Below are positions 37,228 through 46,941 of a stretch of 52,281 bases of DNA, piece after piece. The notes under the pieces were generated by a model, which saw nothing but the letters and a program-made list of their open reading frames with translations, was not told where the DNA came from and ran no database searches. How positions within the stretch are numbered: position 1 is the stretch's first letter; every line of letters begins with the position of its first letter. The stretch covers positions 1 to 52,281 of the forward strand of contig CAITJH010000037.1 of the NCBI GenBank assembly GCA_903892635.1, given 5' to 3'. The position numbers and the translations under genes were made by a program. The DNA comes from an uncultured Actinomycetes bacterium. Lineage in GTDB: Bacteria > Actinomycetota > Actinomycetes > S36-B12 > UBA5976.

Positions 37228-38136
37228 TTACGCTGAAAATGTTTCAGGTAACCACTGCACGATCGCAGCGATGACTTCATCTGTAGCTTGTTCTGGGAGC
37301 AAGTGCCCTTCATCTAGCGTGACTGGACTCCACGGTCCATTCACAAACTGTGCAGAATCAATTGCAGTGTCAACCAAAATACTTGTGTCTCGTTTTCCAT
37401 GAATTTGAAGTACAGGAACATTGACACCACCCTGCATATCTATCGCAAAACGACGACCATCTGGCCGTGGAATCGAACGCATAGCCCAACGATGAAATTC
37501 AATTGCACAGTGTGAAGTATTTCCCAGCAAGAAAGCAGTTCGATACTGCGAAACAACTTCATCACTGAGCACATCGGGTGCGGCCCATTCACGTAGCAAC
37601 TCTTCGATGGCGGCCGCGCCGTCCTTAACTAAACTACGTTCAGCAAACCACGGTCGCTGGTAACTCAACACATAACTTAGTGCCTTAGCTTGTGCAGCAT
37701 TCGACAACATTGCCGTTCGCAATGCGTTCGGATGCGCTGAACTCACTGAAACCAAACCCGAGATGGATGACTCTTGCAGAGTTGCAGCAGTCCACCCAAC
37801 CAAACCTCCAACACCATGGCCTACAACAATTGCGGATTCATAACCAAGAGCGCGGATGACTCCGGCAACATCTGCAGCTAAAGTGCGTGGATCGTATCCT
37901 CGTGGCGGATGATCACTTGCACCATAGCCACGAAGATCCATAGCAGCAGCGGTATACCCAGCTGCGCTAATTGGTCCGAGGAATTTACGCCACAGCCACC
38001 AATAAGTTGGAAAGCCGTGTAGAAAAAGTACGAGTGGACCTTCGCCTTGAATTGCCACGTGGAATCGCGAACCATGGGCGTATACCGAACGATGTTCCCA
38101 TGGTCCTGGAACCAAGATTGCTGCGTTATCAGGCAC
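37228..38136 (-). CDS. Alpha/beta hydrolase (epoxide hydrolase-like, Rv3670/EphE-like)
   Basis: LHGFP, DLRGYG.SD.P, VGHGVGG, HG..D, GH..PE. Confidence 0.9.
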   Translation of the reverse strand: MPDNAAILVPGPWEHRSVYAHGSRFHVAIQGEGPLVLFLHGFPTYWWLWRKFLGPISAAGYTAAAMDLRGYGASDHPPRGYDPRTLAADVAGVIRALGYESAIVVGHGVGGLVGWTAATLQESSISGLVSVSSAHPNALRTAMLSNAAQAKALSYVLSYQRPWFAERSLVKDGAAAIEELLREWAAPDVLSDEVVSQYRTAFLLGNTSHCAIEFHRWAMRSIPRPDGRRFAIDMQGGVNVPVLQIHGKRDTSILVDTAIDSAQFVNGPWSPVTLDEGHLLPEQATDEVIAAIVQWLPETFSA

Positions 38137-38138
38137 GA

Positions 38139-38543
38139 TTAAATATCTGTTGTCTTGCCGGCAAGATCAGAGAATGCTTCCACTGTTGACTTCAATTCTT
38201 CACCAGTGCGATTGCGCCGCCCAATACGTCGAATCTGATTCTTGGCTACTGCATAGAAAACAATGCCAAGAACAAGCATGATTCCAGAGACGATCAAAAA
38301 CCCAACCCACACTGGAACACCACGTGTGCTGATTCCATAGGCCAACGCGAAAAGTGTAAATACTGTAGCCATGCTGACAAAAAGTCCGGCGAATAAAAAT
38401 CCCCACATTGAACGCGTAATACGTTTAACGTTTTCCAGCAGTTCTGTTTTAGCAAGTTCAACATGCTCACGAACGAGTTCGTTGACGTCTTCAGTCAATG
38501 AGTCAATCATTGATGAAAGTTTCGGGCTTGAGTTCTCTTCCAT
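38139..38543 (-). CDS. Holin-like 2-TM membrane protein (Phage_holin_3_6/YqjE-like, Rv3669-like)
   Basis: D...LVR.HVELAK.EL followed by two TMs; housekeeping context. Confidence 0.82.
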   Translation of the reverse strand: MEENSSPKLSSMIDSLTEDVNELVREHVELAKTELLENVKRITRSMWGFLFAGLFVSMATVFTLFALAYGISTRGVPVWVGFLIVSGIMLVLGIVFYAVAKNQIRRIGRRNRTGEELKSTVEAFSDLAGKTTDI

Positions 38544-38592
38544 AACCGCCTCCTAGTCCTTTAAGCCTAGTGCGCAAGCGTGTGTTGAAAAA

Positions 38593-39786
38593 CTAGGCCA
38601 AATTACGTGCGCGGATCTTCATTGCAGTTACCGAACTTGCTACGGCCACAAGGTTTGTTAGCACAAGTGCACACTTGGAAATTACGAGTAGTTGTGGATC
38701 ACTTCCAAAACTGACTTCGCTGACAAGCAGAGCAACAGTAAAACCGATACTGGCTAAAGTTCCAACCACAATGACGTCGGCCCACTTCAAACCTGAAGGC
38801 AGTCTTTTCCCGGTAAATCGAGTACCGATAAAAGTTCCAGCAAGAACACCAACTGGCTGCCCGATTACTAGACCGAAAACTATTCCTAAGGTGAGTGAAC
38901 TTGTAATCACATCGTGAAATTTCACGCCATCCAGATCGACACCTGCTGACATTAAGGCAAACAATGGAACACATAGTCCCGCCGAAATTGGGCGTAGCAC
39001 GTGCTCAGTGCGATGAGCTGGTGACTGCAGTTCACCATCATTCTTGGCCACTCGCATCGATAGTCCAAGAAGCACACCGGCGACCGTAGCGTGGATTCCA
39101 CTTTCATACATGAAGTACCAGCTGGCAAGTGCCAATGGGATGTAGGCGGCTACTGATTGCACACCGAACTTCTGAAGTGCGGCAAAAACTGCAATAAGAA
39201 CGAGTGCGATAACGAAAGCTCGGAGATGAAACCCATGGCCGTAGAAGATTGCAATGACAACGATTGCACCAAGATCATTAACAACAGCTAGTGTCAATAA
39301 GAAGATTCGTAACGGTGCTGGAAGTTGACGGCCAGCAATTGCAAGTATTGCCAAAGCAAATGCAATGTCAGTCGATATCGGAATTCCCCAAGCGCTTGCG
39401 GTGACCAATCCATGATTAAACAAGAGAAAAATTATTGCCGACATCGCCATGCCACCAAAGGCAGCTAAAAACGGGACGACTGCTTTTTTTACACTGGACA
39501 AACTTCCGGCAACAAATTCGTGCTTAAGTTCAATACCTACAACCAAGAAAAATATTGCTAAGAGAAAATCAGCAGCCCAGATACTAAGTGGCAACTGAAA
39601 ATTATGAATTCCACATTTCACAGAAATGAGATTCTGATAAGAGTCAGACCATGGCGAGTTTGCCCATGCGATTGCAAAGATTGCTGAGATGATTAGGAGC
39701 ACGCCGCCAGTTGTTTCATCGCGTAAACGTTCGCTTAACCGACGTCGCGAAGCGACTAAAACTTCTTCTTGCTCGTTTGTACTCAC
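38593..39786 (-). CDS. nhaA: Na+/H+ antiporter NhaA
   Basis: FF.VVG.ELK.E, WGIP.STDIAFAL, LAVVNDLGAI, SGIHATVAGV, IGFTVAL. Confidence 0.95.
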   Translation of the reverse strand: MSTNEQEEVLVASRRRLSERLRDETTGGVLLIISAIFAIAWANSPWSDSYQNLISVKCGIHNFQLPLSIWAADFLLAIFFLVVGIELKHEFVAGSLSSVKKAVVPFLAAFGGMAMSAIIFLLFNHGLVTASAWGIPISTDIAFALAILAIAGRQLPAPLRIFLLTLAVVNDLGAIVVIAIFYGHGFHLRAFVIALVLIAVFAALQKFGVQSVAAYIPLALASWYFMYESGIHATVAGVLLGLSMRVAKNDGELQSPAHRTEHVLRPISAGLCVPLFALMSAGVDLDGVKFHDVITSSLTLGIVFGLVIGQPVGVLAGTFIGTRFTGKRLPSGLKWADVIVVGTLASIGFTVALLVSEVSFGSDPQLLVISKCALVLTNLVAVASSVTAMKIRARNLA

Positions 39787-39817
39787 AAGATGAATCTAAC
39801 GCACCCAAACAATGCGA

Positions 39818-41773
39818 TTAATCTTCCCCGCTACTTGCTGACAGTCCACTACTGATCATGTTCATCACTGTTGGATCAGCCAAGGTTGTCACGTCTCCAA
39901 GTGTGCGATTTTCTGCAACGTCTCGAAGAAGTCGACGCATAATCTTTCCAGAACGAGTTTTCGGTAGCTCCGAGACAATCAAAATCTGTCGTGGCTTTGC
40001 AATAGCTCCGATTTCCTTGGCCACATGATCGCGAAGCATCTTTGCAACGTCAGGACCATCATTTTCATGCGCTCGCAAAATAACAAACGCAACAATTCCT
40101 TGGCCAGTCATTTCATCACTTGCACCAACGACTGCAGCTTCAGCAACCATGTGATGTGATACCAATGCTGATTCAACTTCAGTTGTAGAAATCCGATGAC
40201 CAGAAACATTCATAACGTCATCGACACGGCCTAACAACCAGATAGCACCTTCGTCATCCCACTTGGCGCCATCGCCTGCAAAGTAGAAGCCAGGAAAACG
40301 CGACCAGTACGTTTCTTTAAACCTTTCTAAGTCACCCCAAATTCCACGTAACATTGATGGCCATGGTTCTGTAAGGACGAGGTAACCACCGCCACCAATT
40401 CCTACGGGTGTGGCCTCATCATCAAAGATTTCTGCGCCAATACCTGGAAGCGGACCCATTGCTGAACCGGGCTTGCAGGCAGTAACTCCCGGCAACGGGC
40501 TGATCATGATTCCACCAGTTTCTGTTTGCCACCAAGTATCAACAATGGGACAGCGATTTCCACCAATTACTTCGCGGTACCACATCCATGCTTCTGGGTT
40601 AATAGGCTCACCGACGCTGCCGAGCAAACGCAAGCTTGATAGATCGTGGGCTTTGGGGAATTCGTCTCCCCATTTCATAAAGGTGCGAATGGCAGTTGGT
40701 GCTGTGTAAAGAATTGTCACACCATACTTTGCAACGATCTCCCACAGTCGACCTTTATGCGGTGTATCAGGTGTGCCCTCGTACATCACTTGTGTTGCAC
40801 CGTTAGCCATTGGTCCATAGGCAATATATGAATGGCCAGTAATCCAGCCAACGTCGGCAGTACACCAGTAGACATCTGAATCGGGTTTGATGTCGAAAAC
40901 ATTGCGGTGTGTGTAAGCAACCTGAGTGAGGTATCCGCCGGTTGTGTGCAAGATGCCTTTCGGCTTACCCGTTGTTCCCGAAGTGTAAAGAATGAAGAGT
41001 GGATGTTCAGCATCAAAGCCTTGAGCGTTGTGGTGTGTAGATTGACGCGAAACAATATCGCTCCACCACACATCACGACTGTCATTCCACGCGACATCCT
41101 GACCGGTGCGCTTAACGACAAGCACTTTTTGTACTGTTGGCGAAGCATCAACAGCTTCGTCAACGGCTGGCTTTAATGCAAAACCAGAACCACGACGAAA
41201 ACCACCATCAGCAGTAATCACAAGAGTTGCGCTGGCATCTTCAATTCGACTGCGTAATGCTTCGGCTGAAAATCCTCCGAATACAACTGAATGAACCGCG
41301 CCAATTCGAGCACATGCGAGCATCGAGATAACAGCCTCAGGAATCATTGGCAAGTAGATAGCTACACGATCGCCAGCTTTTACGCCAAGTTCAATCAACG
41401 CATTTGCTGCCTGTGAGACTTCATCTTTCATTTGAGCGTAGGTGATGTCGCGGTTGTCACCAGGTTCGCCTTCGAAATGAAAAGCTATGCGATCGCCATT
41501 GCCCTGTTCAACGTGTCGATCAACGCAGTTAACAGCGACGTTGATCTTTCCATCCACAAACCACTTTGCGACTGGAGCTTGCGACCAATCCAATGTGTTC
41601 GTCCACGGTTTTTCCCACTGCAACATTCCTGCTTGCTTGTCCCAAAATGCCAGTCGATCGGCCTTTGCTTCGCCATAGATTTCTGGTTTGGCGTTTGCTT
41701 GCGCTGCAAATTCCGGAGACGGCGGGAAATGACGATTTTCAGTCAATAAATTTTCAAGTGCTTCGTGACTCAC
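39818..41773 (-). CDS. acs: Acetate--CoA ligase
   Basis: YTSGTTGKPKG, ADVGWITGHSY, GSVGEPIN, DTWWQTETGG, LPKTRSGKIMRR. Confidence 0.98.
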   Translation of the reverse strand: MSHEALENLLTENRHFPPSPEFAAQANAKPEIYGEAKADRLAFWDKQAGMLQWEKPWTNTLDWSQAPVAKWFVDGKINVAVNCVDRHVEQGNGDRIAFHFEGEPGDNRDITYAQMKDEVSQAANALIELGVKAGDRVAIYLPMIPEAVISMLACARIGAVHSVVFGGFSAEALRSRIEDASATLVITADGGFRRGSGFALKPAVDEAVDASPTVQKVLVVKRTGQDVAWNDSRDVWWSDIVSRQSTHHNAQGFDAEHPLFILYTSGTTGKPKGILHTTGGYLTQVAYTHRNVFDIKPDSDVYWCTADVGWITGHSYIAYGPMANGATQVMYEGTPDTPHKGRLWEIVAKYGVTILYTAPTAIRTFMKWGDEFPKAHDLSSLRLLGSVGEPINPEAWMWYREVIGGNRCPIVDTWWQTETGGIMISPLPGVTACKPGSAMGPLPGIGAEIFDDEATPVGIGGGGYLVLTEPWPSMLRGIWGDLERFKETYWSRFPGFYFAGDGAKWDDEGAIWLLGRVDDVMNVSGHRISTTEVESALVSHHMVAEAAVVGASDEMTGQGIVAFVILRAHENDGPDVAKMLRDHVAKEIGAIAKPRQILIVSELPKTRSGKIMRRLLRDVAENRTLGDVTTLADPTVMNMISSGLSASSGED

Positions 41774-41879
41774 GTGGAACCGTCTCTTTCACAAGGGGGT
41801 GTACCTACGATCGTTCTAGTAAAATCATTCTTGGTCAAGCATTTAACGAAAGTAGTTTGCTGTGTGACCAGCCATTTAG

Positions 41880-43061
41880 TTAATTATTGATACAGGAACC
41901 AGTAGAAACTGATGTCGTACTAGTTGTTTTTATTGCAGCGGCATACTCACTTGGAGTCAATGCGTATCCAACAGTGCTATCTGTGGTTGATGCGGCGAAG
42001 ATCATTCCAGAAACTTCGCCATTGGCGTCAATCAGTGGCGCTCCTGAGTCACCTTGACGAATCCCTGATACCAATGAATAGATGCGACGAGTAAGTGTTA
42101 CTTGTCCGTAGATGTTGTCACCTTTGGCTTCGACGACTCCGCTTACTCGAGATGGAACCAGAGACAACGGTCCTCCGCCAGGAAAACCTGCTACAACTGC
42201 GGCATCATTTCGTTGCAGTTCATTTCCCAGTACTGCAACTTTCGTATCTAAATCTGGAACATAGATGACAGCCACGTCTTTACTGTCATTCCAGTACACA
42301 ACTTTTCCATTATGCAAAGCGCCTTTGCCTTTAAGACGCACACCAACTGATGTCACGCCAGCAACAACGTGAGCATTAGTCAAAACGTAACCTGCGCGAA
42401 ACACAAAACCGCTACCACTTAGTCGCGTTGAGCACACAAGAGCATCGCCTTCGACACGGACAACGGAATCCAACGTGGCCTGAATTGCTGTGGCTTTCGC
42501 AAGTGCCTGATCGGGAACATCGACTTTATGAATGAGTAACGACTCAACTAAATTTGGCGGAAAGTGCCCTCCCAACATGTTGGTGCGGATATCTTCAACA
42601 TCGCGCCGAACAATTTGTGGCATCTTCGCATCCAGTTGCGTAACTATTTGAGAATCACCAACTGCAGCTGTCGTGGAAGACACAGGTATTGATAACAGCA
42701 AGCTTGCAGCCATCCACGTCATAACTGCCCAAAAAGCTAAAGTGATGCCCGAACCCGCGACACTATCTAAGAATCGGGCCGGCTTCCACGACGTAACTCG
42801 TCTGATCCTTGATCCGACAAAGGAACCAACCGAACTGCCAAATCCAATGAGAACTAAGGCAATAAGGGCAAACGCGACTGGCTGCAATGGTGCTGCTTGA
42901 TTTGCATCTACTAATTTTTGGACCATCGATCTGGCTACAAGCGCACCAACGATCATTCCAGCAAATGAAAAAACGCTTACGATCAATCCGCGTCGCCAAC
43001 CAGCGAATCCCATGAAGATAAAGAAAGCTGCGAGTGCAAGATCAATGTTGTGCCCTGTCAT
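41880..43061 (-). CDS. marP: MarP-family membrane serine protease (CvpA domain plus trypsin-like domain)
   Basis: N-terminal TMs, C....SGSGF, TNAHVVAG, D.AV, GDSGAPL, C-terminal Cys. TGATG coupling gives a start at 43061. Confidence 0.9.
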   Translation of the reverse strand: MTGHNIDLALAAFFIFMGFAGWRRGLIVSVFSFAGMIVGALVARSMVQKLVDANQAAPLQPVAFALIALVLIGFGSSVGSFVGSRIRRVTSWKPARFLDSVAGSGITLAFWAVMTWMAASLLLSIPVSSTTAAVGDSQIVTQLDAKMPQIVRRDVEDIRTNMLGGHFPPNLVESLLIHKVDVPDQALAKATAIQATLDSVVRVEGDALVCSTRLSGSGFVFRAGYVLTNAHVVAGVTSVGVRLKGKGALHNGKVVYWNDSKDVAVIYVPDLDTKVAVLGNELQRNDAAVVAGFPGGGPLSLVPSRVSGVVEAKGDNIYGQVTLTRRIYSLVSGIRQGDSGAPLIDANGEVSGMIFAASTTDSTVGYALTPSEYAAAIKTTSTTSVSTGSCINN

Positions 43062-43705
43062 CAAATAGTCCATGACACTTGATGGGATTCAGGTACATCG
43101 ATAATTCGTGATGCATCCCAAGGCTGTGATAGTTCGGCTAAGTCCAACAGTTGCGAGAGCACTCCACCAGTAAAGCCCCACACCACCATATCTTTTACGA
43201 GAAAGGCTGGGCCAAGGAACCCACTTCGAGTCTTTACTCGCGCGCGATTACTGGGATCAACAAGTTCACTAATTGGAACGTGGTGAACCGCAGAGACTTC
43301 ATCACGATCGTGTCCTTGCAATTCATGTGGAGCACGCCACCACGCTAGAACTGGAGTGACTTTGAATCGTGATGGTGGCAACCATAGTTGCGGAAGTTCA
43401 GCGATTACATCAATCGAATCTGCATGAAGTCCGATCTCTTCATGAGCTTCACGAATTGCGGCATCGGTTGCGTTTGTGTCCGACGGCTCGATTGCTCCAC
43501 CGGGAAATGCAGGTTGTCCCCCATGCGTACGCATGTGTGATGGACGCTCGATCAAGGTGACATGGGGAGCCTGATCAACCTCACTGAAAAGTACTAGTAC
43601 CGCTGCTTCACGTTCGGGAGTTTCTGGAACTGGATGCCATTTCAGTTGCTCACTCGTGAGATGCGGAGCAACATTTGCTAAACCAGCAAACCATGACGGC
43701 ATCAT
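43061..43705 (-). CDS. CoA pyrophosphatase (Nudix, NudL-like)
   Basis: AAVL.L, R...R.H.GQ.AFPGG, AIREAHEEIG, VWGFTG. Confidence 0.92.
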   Translation of the reverse strand: MMPSWFAGLANVAPHLTSEQLKWHPVPETPEREAAVLVLFSEVDQAPHVTLIERPSHMRTHGGQPAFPGGAIEPSDTNATDAAIREAHEEIGLHADSIDVIAELPQLWLPPSRFKVTPVLAWWRAPHELQGHDRDEVSAVHHVPISELVDPSNRARVKTRSGFLGPAFLVKDMVVWGFTGGVLSQLLDLAELSQPWDASRIIDVPESHQVSWTI

Positions 43706-44244
43706 GATGACTTACTGGCTTTCACGAGTCGGGACAGAGATTCATTGCTCAGTTCACCAAGTTCGTAATCAACAATGTGGCCAGAACTATCTACTGCAAA
43801 AGTTACTGGTAAACCTGTGACTTTTAATGCTGATAACAAGGCGTTGTTCTTATCAACATAGATCGACATCGATCCATGTGTCATGTCAACAAGCTTTTGT
43901 GCTGCTGCTTTGCTTGATGATGACTCGGTGACATCGTTGACATTGATTGCGATGACATCCGATGCAAAAGGCGATTCAGCAATAAGCGGCATCTCGTGAG
44001 AACACGCAGTGCACCACGATGCCCAGAGATTGACAACAACCGCTCTCTTCAATGAACGTGTCTGGATTGTCGTGTCACTATTCCATTCCTGCAATGTCAC
44101 TTCAGGAAATGTTGATACCGGCCAAGCGTGTGAAATCGTTGTGACGGTTGCTAACGGCGTTCCGGCCGAGTCAGATGATTGCGGTTGTTGGGCACACGCA
44201 GATAACAACACGCACGTTGCAAAGATACTCACTAATTTTTTCAT
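43702..44244 (-). CDS. TlpA-like thioredoxin lipoprotein
   Basis: Lipobox LSA|C, NLWASWCTAC..EMP, GLP.T. Confidence 0.9.
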   Translation of the reverse strand: MKKLVSIFATCVLLSACAQQPQSSDSAGTPLATVTTISHAWPVSTFPEVTLQEWNSDTTIQTRSLKRAVVVNLWASWCTACSHEMPLIAESPFASDVIAINVNDVTESSSSKAAAQKLVDMTHGSMSIYVDKNNALLSALKVTGLPVTFAVDSSGHIVDYELGELSNESLSRLVKASKSS

Positions 44245-44945
44245 TAGTCATCATCCATCTTTGCCAACTTGGCTGCTTCGTGAGGATCTGTTGGCCCCTC
44301 GCCAAACGAAGGACACAAGGCAGCTAGTGGGCACACACCACATGCGGGCTTACGTGAATGGCAGATGCGTCGTCCCAAAAAAATTAAACGATGATTGAGT
44401 AATACCCATTCTGAATCATCAAATATTTTCATTAGATCAAATTCAACTTTTACTGGATCAGTATTTTTCGTTAAACCTAATCGACGCGTGATTCGTCCAA
44501 CATGGGTGTCAACAGTAATTCCGGGTACACCAAATGCATTTCCAAGAACAACATTGGCCGTCTTGCGACCAACTCCTGGAAGTTTCACAAGCTCATCAAG
44601 CGTTCCGGGAACTTCCCCGTGATGCTTTTCCAAAATTGCTGCTGCCAACCCTTGAATCGACGCTGCCTTATTTCGGTAAAACCCAGTTGACTTTATTAGG
44701 TCTTCAATCTTTATCCGTGGTGCACTAGCCAAACTGTGAACATCTGGATACTTCGCGAATAACTGCGGCGTCACCATGTTGACTCGCTTATCCGTACATT
44801 GCGCTGATAACACTGTGGCAACCAGCAGTTGAAGAGGGTTCTCGAAATCTAATTCGCATCGAGCATTCGGGAAAGTGTCGGCCAAAATGGCATTAATCTT
44901 CTGCGCGCGTTCCCGCTTAGCCTTCAGAGATTCTGCCCGTGCCAC
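44244..44945 (-). CDS. nth: Endonuclease III
   Basis: LSAQCTD, LPGVGRKTANV, VDTHV, 4Fe-4S motif C.SRKPAC..C.L...C. Confidence 0.97.
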   Translation of the reverse strand: MARAESLKAKRERAQKINAILADTFPNARCELDFENPLQLLVATVLSAQCTDKRVNMVTPQLFAKYPDVHSLASAPRIKIEDLIKSTGFYRNKAASIQGLAAAILEKHHGEVPGTLDELVKLPGVGRKTANVVLGNAFGVPGITVDTHVGRITRRLGLTKNTDPVKVEFDLMKIFDDSEWVLLNHRLIFLGRRICHSRKPACGVCPLAALCPSFGEGPTDPHEAAKLAKMDDD

Positions 44946-44998
44946 AGCACAAGCCTAAAGCGAATTAGGAAATTGGCAGACCGTGTGAATTTTATGAG

Positions 44999-45673
44999 TT
45001 ACTTGGCGCGACGAGCCAAGCGCTCAATATCAAAGATTTCGACACAACGAGTTTCAAGTCGGATCCAGCCACGACTTGCAAAATCAGCTAAAGCCTTGTT
45101 GACCGTTTCGCGAGATGCACCAACTAACTGTGCCAATTCCTCTTGAGTCAGATCGTGGTTCACAATTAAGCCAGACGGCGAGCGAGTACCAAACTTTTCA
45201 CCGAGTTCAATGAGGGCCTTAGCCACACGTCCGGGAACATCTGCAAAAACGAGGTCAGACATAATTTCGTTTGTGCGACGCAGACGATGAGCTAAGGCTT
45301 GAAGCAACGCTTGAGCAACTTCTGGTCGGCCATTGAGCCATGGGCGCAAGTCTGTGTTTCCCAAACCGAGAACTTGGGCATCGGTCACTGCAACTGCAGT
45401 TGCGGTGCGTGGTCCTGGATCGAAAAGTGACAACTCACCAAACATGTCGCCAGGACCAAGAACCATTAATAATGATTCACGTCCGTCGCCGGAAGCATGA
45501 GTTAACTTAATCTTTCCGGTGAGAACGACGTATAGCCGATCGCCAGGTTCGCCCTCTTGAAAAAGGTGCTTTCCCTTTTTCAGCGATTGCGGAACCATCG
45601 TTTGGCGCAACGCCAAAGCCGCATCGTCATCTAATGCCGAGAACAGCGGAATACGGTTGAAATCTGTATCCAC
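44999..45673 (-). CDS. crp: Crp/Fnr family cAMP receptor protein
   Basis: FGELSLFDPGPRTATA, LVF.DVPGRVAKAL, LTQEELAQLVGASRETVNKAL. Confidence 0.96.
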   Translation of the reverse strand: MDTDFNRIPLFSALDDDAALALRQTMVPQSLKKGKHLFQEGEPGDRLYVVLTGKIKLTHASGDGRESLLMVLGPGDMFGELSLFDPGPRTATAVAVTDAQVLGLGNTDLRPWLNGRPEVAQALLQALAHRLRRTNEIMSDLVFADVPGRVAKALIELGEKFGTRSPSGLIVNHDLTQEELAQLVGASRETVNKALADFASRGWIRLETRCVEIFDIERLARRAK

Positions 45674-45740
45674 TGAGTGACTCCTTCGGCACGTTGTCTA
45701 GTTCATAATCTATTGCGGAATTGCGGGCGTGACTAATTAG

Positions 45741-46205
45741 TTAGTCGCGGACTTCGACAATCACTTCGACTTCAACTGCAGCATTCAGTGGAAGCGCTGA
45801 AACACCGACTGCCGAACGTGAGTGAACGCCAGCATCGCCAAATGCCTTGGCAAAAAGTTCACTTGCTCCGTTGATGACAACTGGTTGCTTTGTGAAGGTT
45901 GGTGCACTTGCCACAAATCCAACAACTTTGACTACGCGAACGACTTTGTCAAGATCGCCGATAACGGACTTAACAGCCGCAATCGCATTAAGTGCACACT
46001 GTTGCGCTCCAGCTGCTGCTGCAACTTCGTCAAGATCTGTTCCAACAATTCCTGTCGCGATTAATTCGCCACTTTGCATTGGCAACTGGCCCGAGGTGTA
46101 TACCAAGTTGCCCGTACGCACTGCAGGAATGTAAGCAGCAACTGGAACGGCAACTTCTGGAACTGTTAGTCCATGTTCAGCTAGACGGGCTTCAACGGTA
46201 CTCAT
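45741..46205 (-). CDS. RidA/YjgF family protein (Rv3678c-like)
   Basis: PVAAY.PA, TSGQLP, NGASEL, H.RSAVGV..LP..A.VEVE. Start trimmed to the ATG at 46205. Confidence 0.92.
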   Translation of the reverse strand: MSTVEARLAEHGLTVPEVAVPVAAYIPAVRTGNLVYTSGQLPMQSGELIATGIVGTDLDEVAAAAGAQQCALNAIAAVKSVIGDLDKVVRVVKVVGFVASAPTFTKQPVVINGASELFAKAFGDAGVHSRSAVGVSALPLNAAVEVEVIVEVRD

Positions 46206-46212
46206 GCGTGTC

Positions 46213-46368
46213 TCAATTCTTCGGGCGCTTGAAATAAGCGACAAGATTTTCGGGATTAAGACCAGGGACTACAGCAATTAATTCCCAGCCGTCTTCGCCA
46301 AAAGTGTCGAGGATGGCTTTGGTGTTGTGTACCAAGAGCGGTGCAGTCAAGTATTCCCATTTGGTCAT
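46213..46368 (-). CDS. DUF4177 small protein (Rv3678A-like), 51 aa, below the ORF-track cutoff
   Basis: Hand translation: MTKWEYLTAPLLVHNTKAILDTFGEDGWELIAVVPGLNPENLVAYFKRPKN (KWEY...G..GWEL...YFKRP). TAGAGT lies 7 nt upstream. Confidence 0.9.
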   Translation of the reverse strand: MTKWEYLTAPLLVHNTKAILDTFGEDGWELIAVVPGLNPENLVAYFKRPKN

Positions 46369-46475
46369 AACTGTGACTCTACGACACTCTCGAGGATTGG
46401 TGAAACTCGGATCCTCGCTCGGTACGGAATGGTCAGTAGCCCGTATTTATCAAAACGAGCAACTGGAGTGGCAAC

Positions 46476-46832
46476 CTACTGACGGCCACTAACGAATGCC
46501 ACAGGATCGAGTCGATCGTACTGAGTGCGAGCGGTCATCAACAGTTCTCGCCAAGATGTGACATTGGAACGACGGCGAAGCAACGCACGACGTTCGCGTT
46601 CTGTCATGCCGCCCCAGACGCCAAATTCAATTTGGTTATCTAAAGCATCAGCTAGACATTCCGTGCGTACCGAGCAACCTGCGCAGATGATCTTCACTCG
46701 ATTCTGAGCCGCGCCTTGGACGAAAAGTAAATCTGGATCGGTGTTCTTACATGCCGCATTGCGACTCCACTCGGTGTCCCAGTTCGTTGCCACTAACTTC
46801 CCCTTATTCATGTATTCATTTCTTGCTTGCAC
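46476..46832 (-). CDS. whiB4: WhiB-family Fe-S regulator WhiB4/WblA
   Basis: W...AAC...DPD.LFVQGAAQNR.K.IC.GC.VRTECLADALD..IEFGVWGGMTERERR; divergent from ponA. TTGACA on the minus strand at 46864-46859. Exact start uncertain. Confidence 0.93.
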   Translation of the reverse strand: MQARNEYMNKGKLVATNWDTEWSRNAACKNTDPDLLFVQGAAQNRVKIICAGCSVRTECLADALDNQIEFGVWGGMTERERRALLRRRSNVTSWRELLMTARTQYDRLDPVAFVSGRQ

Positions 46833-46941
46833 TAACTATTGGGGCTAACTAGGCACCGTGTCAATACCTAATTCGCATCGAATTTCTTACATTTAATGTC
46901 GCGACAAGACTAAGAAAATTCACAGTTACGATATAGATGTC

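Noticed and set aside
38139-38543. Holin-like gene as evidence of a prophage
   Set aside because: No endolysin, integrase or structural genes are nearby; this family sits at this housekeeping locus in Actinomycetota.
41788-41805. TTCACAAGGGGGTGTACC upstream of acs as a third copy of the two-component box
   Set aside because: The shared acetate theme is tempting, but spacing differs, the second half-site is poor, and it lies downstream of the putative -10. Not supportable without a motif scan.
44980-44998. TGTGA half-sites near nth and acs as CRP boxes
   Set aside because: Only one half of TGTGA-N6-TCACA is present in each case.
46391-46417. CGAGGAT/ATCCTCG inverted repeat between DUF4177 and whiB4
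   Set aside because: Only a 7-bp stem with no U-tract. It could be a weak terminator but the evidence is insufficient.
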